Source: Lama glama (taxonomy: Eukaryota). From it: a stretch of DNA of 64,000 nucleotides. Below, piece by piece: positions 49,739 to 63,690 of this stretch. Location of the stretch: NCBI GenBank assembly GCA_028534125.1, contig CM052817.1, positions 101,062,001-101,126,000 of the forward strand. Reading direction: 5' to 3'. Numbering within the stretch: position 1 is the first letter of the stretch; each line of letters starts with the position of its first letter. Under the pieces are notes generated by a model. That model was not told the DNA's origin. It worked only from the letters and a program-made list of their open reading frames with translations, and searched no databases. The translations under genes and the position numbers were made by a program.

Positions 49739-49915
49739 GTGGGGGAAGCGGGTATAGCTCAGTGGTAGAGTGGGTTCAATACCCAGTACCTCCGTTAAAA
49801 AAGTAAATATAAATAAATAGAATTTTAAAAAAAGTAAATAAATAAAAATAAACCTAATTACTCCCTCCCCAAAAGACAAAGTAAAATGAAAAAAATAACT
49901 TAAAAAATAAAATAA
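49739..49915 (+). mobile_element. tRNA-derived SINE (Vic-1-like) with an internal deletion
   Basis: GGGTATAGCTCAGTGGTAGAGTG joined directly to GGTTCAATACCCAGTACCTCC; tail aaataaacctaattac. Confidence 0.85.
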
Positions 49916-51303
49916 TGGGGCTTTAATTAACTAGCACATGGTTTCTTGCCTGCTGACACTTGACCCTGACATGGACAAGGAGGACACGGGCTGCACACTC
50001 ATCTGTGCTGTTAGAAGTCAGCTGAGTGCTGACCCACTAGGAGGTGGGCGGGGACCCGAAAGGGACACGCCTAGCTTCTGCAGTCTGAGAATGTTCTGAA
50101 ATTCGATCAGGGTGTTGACTATATGGGTACGTGGAGTTTGTGAATATTCATCCTTACTATATATGCAGTTTTCCTTGTGTATGTATATGGTGCTTTGATC
50201 ATAAAAAGCCGGGCTACACAGGATTTGGGGGGCATTAATGGTATACGCCCATCTCGAAGGCGGCTCCTTGGAGAGGCTCCCCGACACTCACCATTCATCC
50301 CCCTCTCTCAGGAAAGTTATCATCAGAAACCTCCACCAACTACCCACATTAATACCCTGTTCAGTTTTCCTGTCTGCAGGTTTATGGGTCTGTGGGTTCC
50401 AGCAAATTTGTTAACATCAACACAGTGTACCCATACTGTGTGGGGCTTCTGGCCGTGCCATGGGCAGGGTGAAGGCTGAACGGGCTGTGGGAGAGCCAGA
50501 TCCTTTAAAGACTTGCTCCTCCCGCCCTCAGCACTACGATGATATCATTTCCTCCAAACAGGATTCACTCCTATTAAAACTCTGTCCAGGTTCTGCACTT
50601 ACCTGCCCAGGTGAGTCGATGAGCTCATTTGAGCTTTGAGACAGTTGTCCTGGAAAGAGGAAAACAACACTAAACAACAAAGATAAAGCAGTACATGAGC
50701 CTCGCATCTCCCTAGGAGGTTTTCACCTTGAACTCCACACAGGGAGGCCCATTCACACCAGGGCATTACTTCAGACTGGGCGCCCCTGTGCTAAGACAAA
50801 CACAGCCAAGCCCTTTAAACAAACACTCTGGGAGGCTGGGTTGAGCGGTCAGAACATGGAACTGGACAGAGTGGGACACAGGGTGCCAGCCAGGGGCTAG
50901 AACCTGCTTCAAATCTTTCTCTTGCCACCTAAGTGCTGTGCAGCTGGGGCAGCTCCAATGCCCTCTCTGGGCCTTGGGTCCCTCAACCCTGAAGTGGGAA
51001 ATTGAATTGGGGTTAATTCCTATGGCCCCTGGAAAAAATGAAATGAAATCACCCCGCCCATGTGAAGCGTCCTTAGTCAGAGTTTTTACTGGTTGGTTGG
51101 TTGGTTTTATACTGTCTTGCTCTGTGTTGGACCCCAGGCGCGGAGGATAAAGCTGACCATACTCAGTCTTGGAGCACAATTATCATCAGTCTGTGCAAAG
51201 CCCTTTCATGCTGGATACTATTTTATCCCCTCAACTGTAATCTCCACTCCCACTCTGTCTTCTCAGTAGCCCACCCCGTGATGTATTTGATGTCTGCTCT
51301 TAG

Positions 51304-51304
<1 letters not shown>

Positions 51305-51335
<31 letters not shown>
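51305..51335. repeat. (TG)n microsatellite
   Basis: Perfect TG run. Confidence 0.95.
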
Positions 51336-51337
<2 letters not shown>

Positions 51338-51976
51338 CTATATGTCTGTCTACACACAGATTCCATGGCTTTGGACATGTATTTTTAATTGACATAAGTG
51401 ACTGAATCTCATCCTGTTTCTTAACTCTGCTCTCTGTTTTTATTTTCCTTCCACATTGCCGTGTGTACATCTAGGTTGCTAACTCTTACTGATGCACGGA
51501 AGTCCCTAGGATGTGGCTGCCCCATTGTTCTGGTCTGGTCCCCTACAGATGGACACCCATGTCACCACAAGCAGCACCACAGTGAACATTTCCACATACA
51601 GCCCCTTAATGCCCTTGGAGAGCATTTCTCAGGACTGCCCTGCACAGAGTCGGTGTATAGTCACTGCCGTAGGTCCTGCCAGACTGCTCTGGGGTGGGAC
51701 AGGAGGCAGCTGCACGGGGCTGGAGGGGGAGGGTGGGGGTGGCCTGGAGAAGGGCCTGTGAACAAGGGCGTCGTTCTGCTGAGTTGTCTGGTGCTGACTC
51801 TGGATTCCCGTCTCTGGGAAAGGAGCATCTTTCATTGATTGACTCTGATTTTCAGAGCCACGTGTCCTTTCCCTTCACAGCCCGCACCATGGTTTGTAAT
51901 TAAATATGATTTGATTTACAGTTTGATTGTCTCCTCTCTTCCTACACTGTAGTTCTCCAAGGGAAGACACTCGTCA

Positions 51977-52101
51977 GTCTGGGGTGAGGGGAGAGAGGCG
52001 TCTAGGGCACAAAAGTTAAGGAGGCCTCACCCTCAGGTGCTGGCCTGCACATATCTGACCTGAGACTGGGTCTTCCTTACCTCATCCTAGACCCTGCCCT
52101 G
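51977..52101. mobile_element. MER96/MER91-like hAT MITE
   Basis: ggggtgaggggagagaggcgtctagggcacaaaagttaaggaggc...ctcatcctagaccctgccctg. Confidence 0.5.
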
Positions 52102-55100
52102 ACCGTAGTTACTTTTGCCTTAGAAAAGGTTTTGACTTCAAGTTTAGCGACTAACCTGGTCTCTTCCTGGCTCTTCTCCCCACCCCTCCTTTCCTTTCAC
52201 TGGGTGCCCAACCCTGTGCTAGGACCTGGCTGGGAGAAGCTGGCAAGGTCACTGTCCACCAGGGAGGGGACAGGAAAATAACCATTATGATGCATGGAGG
52301 TAAGTTTAAGAAAGCAAGAACAAGTCAGCACCCAGGACGTCGGAGGCAGGGAAGAGTCGGGGGCTAACTCCCACGGGGTGGAGGAGACGATGGCTGGGCT
52401 CGAATTTTGTCGAGAAGGTGGTGGGTGGAGGGGGTCTGAGCACGAGCGCTGGGTCAGAGGCTGGGTCCGAACTACACTTGTGGTCAGAGCTGGCGGGGCT
52501 TTGCTCCTGGAGCCTGAGGTCCAAGGCGGGGAGGCGGGTGCCAGGTCTGGGGAGCAGGGAGGCGACGCTGCAGGAGGAGGGGGCTATGAGGGAGACTGGA
52601 GGGGTAAAAGTGGGGTGCAGCTCAGAGGGCCCGCAGGGACTGTATCTGGGGACAACAATTTATGGAAGGATTGTAAGCAGGGCAGCAGCAGGAACAAATG
52701 TGCCCTTTAGAAGATGACACATTTGTGTAAAAGAGTGTAAACTCATGGCCCTGGGTGTCCAGAAGGGAACCAAGGCAGCTGGGGAGCCAGTGGGTAGGGT
52801 CTCACCAGGTTAAATAGAAAGGGAGGCTCGTAAAGCAAACAACCGTTGGCAAAATGGTTTTCCAGAAGCAAGGCCACTGGGCAAACGGTCAGCCTTGCCC
52901 GGAAGATGAAGGCCCTGTCCCCCCTCAGTCTAGGTCGTGTGGGCCTGGATGGCTGTCACCACTCTCAGAAGCGAGGGGGCCGGGCTGGGTCCCCAGGGGG
53001 GTGTCTCCCCCAGCTGGAGGGGACTTCAGTTTCCACTTGAGCTCACAGGCCCCAAGGCGGGGACTGTCCCTTTTCTTTGCTGAGACTGAACCCTAAAAAG
53101 TTTAAACGAGGAGGACCCTCTGGCCGAGGCCATTCTGAGGCAGCCTCCCGACTGGAGGGAGAAGTCATGATCTATCTGCTGACTTCACAGGGCGCTTTGC
53201 TGAAGAGAAACCCTCTCCACCCATTTACCAAACTGGACTTTCAGGCTGGGCTGCTCTCCGGGAAAGCGTCTGGGGGTTCCCGAGCCTTCAGGCCTTTCTT
53301 CTGCTCCTCCCATTGACCCCCTCCCCCCGGGCCTCGCTCAGTTGGTTTGCTTCCTTTGAATCTCTGCTTTGTCCCCTGACCTCAGATCTCTTGCCAGGTG
53401 GCCAAGCAGCCTCTGCTGTCCTCCCTTCCCTCAGCCGTCCCAGCTCCCAGAAGTAGCGGCAGGTAGTGCCCTGCCAGGCCCCTCAAAGGCCTGTACAATC
53501 TGCTGTCGGCACAGCCCTGTCCGAGCAGGAAAACCCCGGGCTACAGCCAGCGTCCTGGCAGAAGTGAGCTCCCCACGCTTAGAAACGGTGCCAAAAATTG
53601 GGCTCTAATGTCTTTTCATCGTTGGTGACACTCACTTCCTGGCTGCAGCCCTCTGTCCGAGGGGGCACCAAGCTTTCTCAGTCTCCTCGTGGAAGCAGGA
53701 TTTAGGGCTATGCTTCAGCCCAGCCCGGTTAGAGTGGCACAGAGCTGCGGGCCTCCCTTTAGGGAGATTCCAAGTCCCCTGGGAGCTTGTTTTTTTTTTT
53801 TAATTAAAAAAAATAAATTTAGTTGCTTTTTTTTTTTTTTAAAGATGTATAACCTGTGACAGCTATGCTGTCCCCACTCCTCTCCTCACCTCCTTCTTCC
53901 CTTCTCTCACTTCCTACCCTCCCTGGGCTGTAGGTGGACCTCAGGAGTGTCAGCAGAATACAAATCCTTGCAAAATTCCCCCGGGGGATTCCACGCAACC
54001 CTAAGTTTGGGAAGTGCTGTTCGCATATTGTTAGGAGACTGTTTGCACTAGGAGAGGAGGGGTCATTTAGATGCTAAATCTAGACCCGTGTCTCCGTGTC
54101 TCCAGGAGTGAAGGCCTGGGAAAGTGGGTAGAGAAAAGGAGGTGGTTGCTGGGGGTCAGAGGGGCAATTTGTGTCCAGGGAACTCAGTGAGGTATTTGGC
54201 CCCTTGGTCAATGAAACCTTTGACCTCAGTCATTAGGGGTCTCCACATTTGAGGCCTAGATCTTCTCCTGTATGTCTGAATTCGACTATTTTGCAATGGT
54301 TTTGGCCAGGTTTCTGAGCCCCCAGCTCTGCCTACGGCCCGGGTTCGATAGGAAGAGAGGAGGAGGTGAGAGAGTAGGAACACAGCTAAATTCTTAGACA
54401 GAATTTATTTCATTTGAATTATTCGTAGTTGTTTATTTCAAACACTTATGCTCTACAAATATACATGCACGAGATGAGGGTCGCCCTCCTGGAACACCGC
54501 GCCCCCGCCCATCCTCTCCTCAGGCGCTGCCTGTGGATGCTCCTCGGAATCCATGTGTCTCTCAGGCTTCCTCCCCTCCACACACATGTGCACACTGCAC
54601 ACACGGGGTCCCACTCCACAGACCTGCTTAACGCCGCCTTGTGCACATTCAGGGAGAGCTTGCAGCTGGCTCTGAGCTCCCCCGCAGGTGAGTAATCCAG
54701 CAGTCTGTCCTGCCTGGTGGTGGGTGAGGTCACCTCTCTGGTGCCAAAGCAGAAGTGAAAAGAGTAACTCACAGCTGTTCTCCTGATTTGCCCAGTTCAC
54801 CACCAGTCCTGTCCGCTCAGTAAAGGGTCTAGTGAGGACAAGGTGTTCTATTCACCTGAGTGAGTCTCTGCTCTGAGGTCTCTTCTTAAACACCTGGTTC
54901 ACAGGGCTACTGAAGGCAGGTCAGGGCCATGGAAAGGGCTCCAAACCCATCAGTCTGTCAACAGCTATTGACTGAGCTCCTGTTACATAACACTGTTCAG
55001 GCACCAGGGTGTAGTAGGGATGAGAAACCAAGTCTCAAGGAGCATGCAGCACTGGTGGATGTGCAGGTGGGAGAGACAGGAAATACTTATGGGAAGGCAT

Positions 55101-58100
55101 TTAGACGGTGGTCATCATCATCTATACAATGAGCTGATGGACCTTGAAGTGGGGACTGAGAATCAGCCAACTTGGGCGGCTCTGGTCCAGCCAAGAAGTC
55201 ACTATGTGACCCAAGACAAGGCATGGACTTCACTTTCCTCCACTGCACAGTGACCATGATGGCCCAGGTCACCTCAGGTCTCCTTCTGTCCACAGAGGGA
55301 GCACACAGGAGGTGCCAGCACCTCCTGTTCTGTGACTGGTTCTTCCTGGAGTCTGTTTTCTGTGGTCGCAGCCTCTAGGAAGGGAGACCTTTGTTAACAT
55401 CCTTTATCCAACAATGGCCAAAACTCTAGAGAACACAGAACAGCAGCAAGAGGGACCCAGCCTCGAAACCAATACATCCTTTACAAGTTCAAAGTGGCTG
55501 TGTGCCCTCAGGGGAGAGCCCAGGTGGGAGGAAGTGAGAACACTGGGCAGCTGGGCTCCAGCAGCCAGAATCCTCCAGGGCAGGGCAGGGCAGGGGCCAG
55601 ACACCTGGGAAGGGAGGCGGGTGGCTCTGAAATGGACGGTGGCAGAAGCTTCATGGGCCCAGAGCCCTCAGCTGCCCTACACCTGCTGGCTGAGGAGCCC
55701 CCCAATCCACTTGTCACATCCCAGCTCTACTGACGAGGCCCGCTTGGCCTGCAGATCGCTGTGCTGAGTGCACCCAGGCCCAGCCACAAAGGGGACCGGG
55801 GTTCAGGCACCACCAAGAAAATCCTGCTTTGCAGAGAGGACCAGTTTGGCCCTTGAGAACCAGAGATGGTAAGAAGCAGTGGAGAGGACCTCTCCCTTCT
55901 CCTCCCTGTAAGTGCAGTGACTCACATGATTTCCCTCTTTTTTAATGTACAAGTTCCTGTGTCACTTAGGAAGGGGGCACAGCGTCCTGGGGTTAGGGAC
56001 CCTGGGCTCTCTGGACTCCAACGGGCGTAGGACTGCGCACTTCAGTCCGTGCCGGGTTTTCCCATCTCAGCCCGCGGGAATGACACACACCTGGAAGGAC
56101 GGCAGCGCAGAGCTTTTCCTTTCGGGGGAAGAGAACTCCGTGGGAACGTCCTCTCCCATCTGATTCACGCTCACTTAGAACGCAGCGGGCTGCGGAACCG
56201 TGAATGACATATGAGTGCAAGAAAGCAAGCCGGCCAAGCAGACTCGTATATCACTGCTCCTGTGACACGCAATTATTCACGCAGCTGGGCTTGTCACTTC
56301 CCAGGGAGCCAGGACAGCCAGCAACGCAGGCAGCTTGGGGGTGGGTTGAAATGAAGGAAGAGGTTGAAAGCTCCATGCTGCACCACGTTCGGTCTCTGAA
56401 ACTTGGACGTGCCCTTGGAGAAATATTCCAGACCAGGTGGGTCTGCATACAAAGAGCGGTGCACCTGCTCAGCAGCCATGGGTGAAACGTCCTGGATTTG
56501 TTCTTTTCTAAGGAGTAGCAGGTGGGAAAAGTGGGAAGGGAGGTGGGTGCTGGGGGGCAGAAGGGACAGTGGTGATGTCCAAACTTCTGAGGTTCTCCTG
56601 CCAGACCAGGAATCTTGGGAACTTGCCTGACCTATAAATGGCAGGTTTGACTGCCCAGCCAAACTTGCCCCCACAGAGGCTGGACCGCAGTTTTTGCCCC
56701 TTGGGTTCTGTCAGAGCCTGTCTCCTTCCAATGGCCAGTTCAGTGGTGGTGGCGGTACCAAGAGATGCTCTTGTACTCTGGGAGCTTGACTGTAGTTTCC
56801 AGGGACAGGAGAGAGGTGGCCCTCTTGACGCCCCCCTCTTCCTGCCATCCACTCAAACCCTCCCACTTACTGTGGGGAGATGTGTGGTGGGTGATGTTCA
56901 GTGACACATCTCAGCTGCCTGCAGACTTACAAGGATTGGAGGTGATCTCAGAGTGGTGGGTGGTGGGCTAGGGACGCCCAGCACTTCCGCTCTGCCTCCG
57001 CTGAGTGCAGAGGCCCTGGCAGAGAGGGAAGAGGTTTACCTGTGATGCGGAGCTGCAGGTTCAATCCTTCCGGATTCCACCCTAAAGCTCTGCCCTGTGC
57101 CTCATCCTTGCAGTCATGCCACTTTGCGACTCTCGCTAAACCCCTTCCTGAAACTGGGGAGGGAGGGACCTGTGCTGGGGAGAGGGGAGGAGCAGGAAGG
57201 CCCCTTCCATTTCCGTCAATAACTGCTCCCCCGTCCCCCAACCCAGGCTCCAGGCAAACCAAGTCGCCCTCCCCGCACCTCCCCACTTCCCCAGCTGCCT
57301 GCAGATCTGTTACCTTTTGGGACCCAGTTCACGAGTCATTTGCTCTGGGAAACCTGACCTCAGACCGAAGAAGTGACCCCGCCCTCTTTTGTGCTCCCCT
57401 TCCTGCAGGTGAAAACAGCTCCATGTTCACTGTCAGAGACTAGACCTCTTGTACCCTGTTGGTATCTTGTACTCCTTTGTGTTCCTGCACTTAGCTCAAC
57501 GGGCATCCAATGTGTACCTGCTGTGTGAGGACATTTGCTCACCTGTGAAAACAAGTTGTAGGGGAAGGAGCCTGGGCTTAGAGAGGGGGTGGGGCGCCGG
57601 ACTGCAGGGTCACCTTCTGGTTGTGCGACCCTGGGCCAGCCAGTGAACCCCCAGAGCCTCACCTGTCAAGTTGAGACATGCCCATCTCAGGGTTAAGGTG
57701 AAAGGTAAGTGACATAATGTTCAGGACACTCTTACTGTGTGCCCACCACATGACCTGCACTGTGCCCAGCCTGAGGAATCAAACAGCAAGTTAAATGAAA
57801 GACTGGCATGGACGGGCCTCCAGGAACACATTTGCATGGGAAGGCCCCAGGCAGGTACTTGGTACACAGTACCGTGTTCAGCAAATGCAAGTTAACAGCC
57901 TGGGGCCTGGAGGCCAAAGCTGACACAGGGCACCAGTGGGGATATATGGCTGGTGAGGGTTCCGGGTGGAAAGTTCTAAGACAATAGCAAGCCAGCAAGA
58001 GGCTCTCTCCTTTTTCTCCTCCCAACAGTACAAGGAAGTACTTCCTTGGAATGATAGAAAAAAACTAGAGACTTCTCCATTTAATGACTAAAAGAAATAA

Positions 58101-58683
58101 AACAGTATTAAAGAAATACTTCCCTGGACTTGTAGGAAAGATTGGAGGTGTATTCACTTTGCAGCTAGAAGAGATTAAAAGATATTGTTGGGAAACTTTG
58201 GCCAGAGGTCCTGAACCATCTAGCAATGCCCTCAGTCTCTGCTGGTGACACATGTGCTCCAAGCTCCCCTAAAAATTCCTACCTCAGCCAAGCACAGATG
58301 CATGCACAAAGAGAAAAAAACAGCGCTTGGCTGGGGGCACTAAGGCCTTTACTGTGACTTTCAAAGGCTCACAGGGATTTCTTATGGTCTTCGGGCTTGC
58401 TTTACTTTCAAGGGGGACCCCTTCCAGCTGCGTCCAAAGAAAATGCTGGCTGCACAGCATGGGGCTTCTGAAAAGGTTACAAACAGCTGCCTCTGAAACA
58501 TGCCACCTTCCCGGCCTGACCCCTCCCTAGGGAGGAGGTACATGAAATGAGGGGTCGCTGGAGTAATGTTCCGAGACTTCTGGGTCTCCAAGTTCAAATG
58601 AATTTGCAAAAGCTCCAGAGTGTCTTTTTCCCATTGAAGAGCCAGGCCCTCCCCAGAGGTCCTCAGCAGGGCCTGTAGGGAAG

Positions 58684-58717
58684 CGGGGATGTGTCAGAAC
58701 CGGGGATGTGTCAGAAC
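58684..58717. repeat. Perfect 17-bp tandem duplication
   Basis: CGGGGATGTGTCAGAAC occurs twice in tandem. Confidence 0.95.
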
Positions 58718-59238
58718 CGCGTGGAGAGCGTTTTAACACTGGCTGAGCCACCTCTCCCACTCATTCTAATTCTCTAGGTGGAGGGGGAGGGCTGGGGGGC
58801 AGGGAACATTCTGAAATGGCTGAACTGGGATTCTCAGGCCTCATTCTCCATCCCCTCCCAGACCCCACACATCCCTTTTTAATTTCTTATTTTTCAGGGA
58901 ACGGGCTTTCTGGGAGTCTGCCAGACCTGGGTTTTCACCCAGATCCACCACTTGCTTGTGGCTCATTTTTCTCTTTTTTTCCCGTTTGCAGTCTGGGTGG
59001 GAGGACCCTGTGAGATAACATATGTGTCTGGTATGTAACAGCCCCCAGTGAAACACGGTGCCGGCATCAGTGAGACTGTCTGTCTGAGAAGGATTCGTGG
59101 CCTGGGTTTCCCAGGAGCTCTCTGCTGTGGTGAGGGAGCACTGAGCAAGCCCCCAGAGGGGAATCCAGTGTGACAGCCTTGGACCCCATAGGTGCCTAGG
59201 GGCACCCACGAAGCTGCTCTAACCCCTAAGGAAGCTTT

Positions 59239-59325
59239 AGGGTGACCAGGGACTGAGGAGTTTCCTGGGACTTTCAGTGCTCAAAACAAGACAGTCCCAG
59301 GCAGTCCGTACAAGCTGGTCACACA
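59239..59325. mobile_element. MER81-like hAT-Blackjack MITE
   Basis: tagggtgaccag...gggactttcagtgctcaaaac...gtcccaggca...ctggtcac, with inverted ends. Confidence 0.6.
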
Positions 59326-59529
59326 GCAGCTTTCATCTTGCTGGGACAGCGGCTACAGGAGGGTCCCATTACCACAGGGAGTGGGTCTGGGAACGGAGCA
59401 ACTCAAAAGTGGGACAAAGCTAAATTTGGAGGAACCTCCTCCATCTAGCCAGCCTCTGTGCTTTGTCTGTCCCGCCTCAGGAAAAGCTATTTTCTCCTCT
59501 AGAATCCTGAGAGGGGAGGAGGGAGGATT

Positions 59530-59740
59530 GCTAATTTAATTGAGCCCCTACCATGTGCCAAGCAGTTTACATAAATTATCTCACTGATTCACAAGAATCT
59601 AGTTTGATGATATTACCTTTTTTGCACAGAATGAAATTCAATAATTCACCTAAATTCACCCCCTCGAGAAGTAAAACCAGGAGGGAACTCACCCTCTGGT
59701 CCTTAAGCCTGCGACTCTCTTTCCATTACACTATGCTGCG
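59530..59740 (-). mobile_element. MIR SINE
   Basis: attgagcccctaccatgtgccaagca...tcacaagaatct...ttttgcacagaatgaaa. Confidence 0.55.
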
Positions 59741-61047
59741 TGGTTGCAGGTATAGAGAAGATTAAAGAAGTCAAAGTAGAAGAGGGGAATGAGCTCTTAA
59801 AATTAGAAGGAGGTTTGTAAATATGGCTTTGCACTGGGCTTTGGGCTCAAAGCTGGCTTGTTAGATTTTAGAGCAGTTTCCACTGAACATTTTGAATTTC
59901 AGCTATCCCCACAGCATAATTTATATTTCATGATGGAATTGATTGAGGTACACACTTCAGACCTACTTGTAATATCATCAGCCTCTATTATATCTTGGGC
60001 TAATGAATTTTTCTGGTTTTTTTTTTTTGCTTTTATTTTTCCTCCAGCTGCTTTTCCTAAGTTTCAAGGAAATATTTGTTCATTCAAGTATTTCAAAATG
60101 TCCTCCTTCTCTGAGATGTCCATGAACTCTTCAATTTTGAGCACATTCTCTCTTACACTGTCGTCTTCTGAACCAGAGTTTCCTTCCTTCTTGTCTGGCC
60201 AAGCTGATGCTCTGGACTCATCTAAATGTCACCCATCAAGAACCCTTCAATGTGACTTTTTGTGCCAATAATATCTCAAGACAGTCTCCCTGGCATTCTG
60301 AGTGAGCCTCTGGTTAATAAAATGCTCATGTCAGCTTTGATGATTTGTTGAAGGCCAGCTGGGCATAGTTTTAATGAAAAGCCTTCTATTCCTCCTCTGT
60401 TAATCACAGGATAATCAGAAGAGAGAGCTCTAACAGGGCTGTTCTTCCCTAAAAAGCCTTGATCCTTCCCCAGAGTGTGTGAGGAAGAGGGAAGGCTCTC
60501 ATTGAGGCCTGTCCCCTGCTCAGGGATGTCAGCCCCATCAGGCGGTGCCACATTCATGCCCCAGACAAATGACAAATTCCTGCCTGTCCCAGAACTTCAG
60601 GTCTCCTTGAAGACTAGAAACCGTGAACACCCAGGGGCTGCTGAATATCAAAGGAGAATGGATCTTTCTTCCTTCAGTCTGGAGGGCAGATACTGTGGCT
60701 TAGCGCCTCCTGCCAACAGCCAACAACATCCTCCTGGGATGAGGAACAAGCAAGTCTGGATGGTTCTGTGTCTCCCCTGAGCTGGGATGTGGGCTGCCCC
60801 ATCATGGAGCCCTCAGAGACTCCTCTCATCCGAGCTGACCCAGTCGCCCTTGGCAGGAGTTGCAGCCTGATGTGTAGAGTGGGGATCCCAAGGGGGTGGC
60901 GGATTCTCCAGTGACACCCAAGTTTGGGGAAGGTTCCAAGGTAGGGGCTGGTCTTTCCCACCTGGGAGTGTGTGTTCTAGTTCCCTGAAGCTATGTTGTC
61001 AACCTCTTTCCAGAACCAAGGAGTCTCAACTAGATGTGGGAAATTCT

Positions 61048-61512
61048 GGGGTTGAGGGTTGAGCTGTCCCCACCTCCAATGTATCTGTTGAAGTTCTAAC
61101 CCACAGGACCTCAGAATGAGACAGGGAAACAGGGTTGGTGCAGAGGTTGTTCACAGGAGATCATGCTGGAGTAGGGTGGGCCCCTAGTCAGATATAACTG
61201 ATGCCTTTATAAAAAGGAGGAATCTGGACACAGACACATACAGGGAGACCGCCATGTGAAAATGAGGCAGAGATCAGGGTGATGCTTCTACAGGCCAGGA
61301 CTGCCAGAGATGGCCAGCAAACCACCAGGAGCTGGGGCAGAGGCCTGGTATGGACTCTCTCTCCCCTTAGTCCTGAGAAGGAACCAGCCCTGCTGATGCT
61401 TTGATCTCCAATTCTCGCCTCCAGAACTGGGAGAAAATAGATTTCTATTCTTTAAGCCCCGTCTCCCCCAGTTTGTGGTGCTTTGTAACCACCGCCCTAG
61501 CAAACCAGTGTA
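61048..61512 (+). mobile_element. MLT1-type (ERVL-MaLR) solo LTR
   Basis: tgttgaagttctaaccc...gagtagggtgggcccct...cctttataaaaaggagg...gccatgtgaa...ggaaccagccctgctga...cctccagaactg...ctttgtaaccaccgccctagcaaac. Confidence 0.85.
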
Positions 61513-61654
61513 CCTGGGCTAGACCATTTTTTCTTGACTTCTGAATATCTCATTCTTTAATATAGATTAAATCTGTGTGCAGTGATTCCCCAGTTTGACC
61601 TTAGGACACTTTTTTCTGCTGGGCATCTGGGAAGGACAGTGCTAACAGGCACAC

Positions 61655-61830
61655 GCTCTGGGAAACTCTCTTCAGACCCCTTCTTATGAGTGTGGTCTAG
61701 GTTCATCAAACTTACCCACTAGAATGAGAAGATGCTGTTTCAAAACCACCTTATGTCTTGGGTCGTGGCACCCGAATCACTTAACTTCTCTGTGGCTCTA
61801 TTTCTCACTCCAGGCAGCCAGGATAGGCGG
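61655..61830 (+). repeat. Degenerate direct repeat, copy 1 (copy 2 at about 63755-63942)
   Basis: Colinear similarity, including an identical 23-mer TGGTCTAGGTTCATCAAACTTAC at 61693 and 63794. Confidence 0.85.
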
Positions 61831-62989
61831 GCTGCTTAGAGCCTGGCCCCAGCAGGTGCTCTGCAGGTATCAGGGGAATGTCTCTAGTGCTGTTTTCAGA
61901 AAGGGCATCGTAACCGCTGCCTAGTGAGAGGTCTGAGATCTCCCATCAGTTCTGCTGTGGAGCCTGGAACCCAGACACTGGGGGCCGCGGGGTGGGAAGA
62001 AGCAGCCCTTGCAACCTGGCTTGACTCCAATAACAGCAGCGAGAGCCATGCCTCTTTCTGAGAGGCCCCGGGGACAGCCTGAGACAGGAGTCTCCAGAAG
62101 GTGGATTCCCATGGCCCTGAGGGCTGGCCATCGGAGGTCAGCCTCCATCACCGCCCCTCTGCTTTCCAGCGGCCGGAACTGCTCACTCTTCACCCGGGGC
62201 TGTCCACTATCTGTGCCGTCCACGGCTTCCAGACGGAATCCTGGGCCAGGGAGCTCTAGGAAGGGGCCGGGGCGGGCAGCATGGAAAACGGTGGCTGGGA
62301 GCTGAAAATAACACACATACACAGCCAGGGAGGGTCACTTCCTAATTCCTACCTCAGGATGGATGTGGCAGATAAGTGGGAGGAGCAGGAGATGTGAGGG
62401 CACAAGGGTGAGGGCCACCAATTGTTATGCTGCAAATACCCCGCCTCCAAAAGCACCCAGCTGCTGGCGGGGCCCCTGAGTTCACCTCGCAAGAGTTGTG
62501 AAACTGACTTAGAGCAGTTCACACCCAGTGCAGGAGGAGAGAGGGTGGATGGCAGGGTTTGGCAGCAAATATACCCATGAGATAAGTGCAGTGACCTCAG
62601 GTTAATCATCTCCTCCCACCCTAAAGCCCCTGACAGGCACCAGGGACAGCAAAGGAAGAAACAGCAGTTTCTGGCTGGGGTAGGGTGTGCGTGAGGAGGC
62701 TGAGGAAAATCAAGCTGGAAAGGCAGGCAGAGGCCAGGCTGGAAGGGTCTTCAAAGTCCCGATTTGTTTATTTGTAAAGGATTTCAGGATATTCCTAGGG
62801 CTATGGGAAGGGAGGTTCTTTGCACAAATGAGTGACATATCAGAGCAAGGCTTCTGATGCTCCAAGGGGCTGAGACTGGACCCTGAGAGTGATCAAACCC
62901 CGAGGTGCCTCACTGAGCAGTGGGTGGGCACCACAGAAATATTATAAAGCCTGTAGCATAAGAGGCTGGCAGGTGGAAGACAATGATCC

Positions 62990-63690
62990 TTGGCCCTCCT
63001 GGCATCTGCTGGAATAGCTAAACTTCAAAGGGCTGACGATACCAAGTGCTGGTGAGAACATGGAGCCACCAGAATGTCCCATTTCGGCTGGTGAGAGAAG
63101 GGGGAAGCCCTCTCCTGTTTGCTTCTGTAAGATGCAAATTCAAAACTCTGATCAAGGTCTTTCTAAGAAATTGCCAGACCCTGTGGCTGTAAAACTGCTT
63201 TGGAAAGCTATCTGTTAATTTTTGATAAAGTTTAATATACTTACCCTATCATTCAGCATTCCTGCTTCTAGGTATGTACAGGAAAAATAAAATATAAAAT
63301 ATATGTGTGTGTGTGTGTATTCTCAGTAGCCAAAATGTTCACAGTAGCTTTATTCACAATAGTCAAGGTCTCCATCCACAAGAGAAGGAATAAACTGGGT
63401 AATTAATTGAGTACAGTAATACAACAAAAACTACTTAGAAATAAAAAGGAACCAGCTACTGACATACAGTACATGGAGGAATGTCACAGACGTGCACAAG
63501 GCCGGATGTAAGTGAGGACTTACTGTATGAGCCTATTTATATGAAGTTCAAGAACAGGCAAAATTAATCTAGTGTGATAGAAATCAGAGCAGCGATTGTC
63601 CCTGGGAGTGGGGGGTTCATTGGAAAAGGGCAGGAGGGAACTCACTGGGACAACGGAATTCTTCCATATTTTATTTGGGATGGTCATACC
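62990..63690 (+). mobile_element. Old L1 (L1MC/ME-type) ORF2 end and 3' UTR
   Basis: ctgacgataccaagtgctggtgagaacatggag; aatgttcacagtagctttattcacaatag; tttatatgaagttcaagaacaggcaaaattaatct. Confidence 0.75.
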
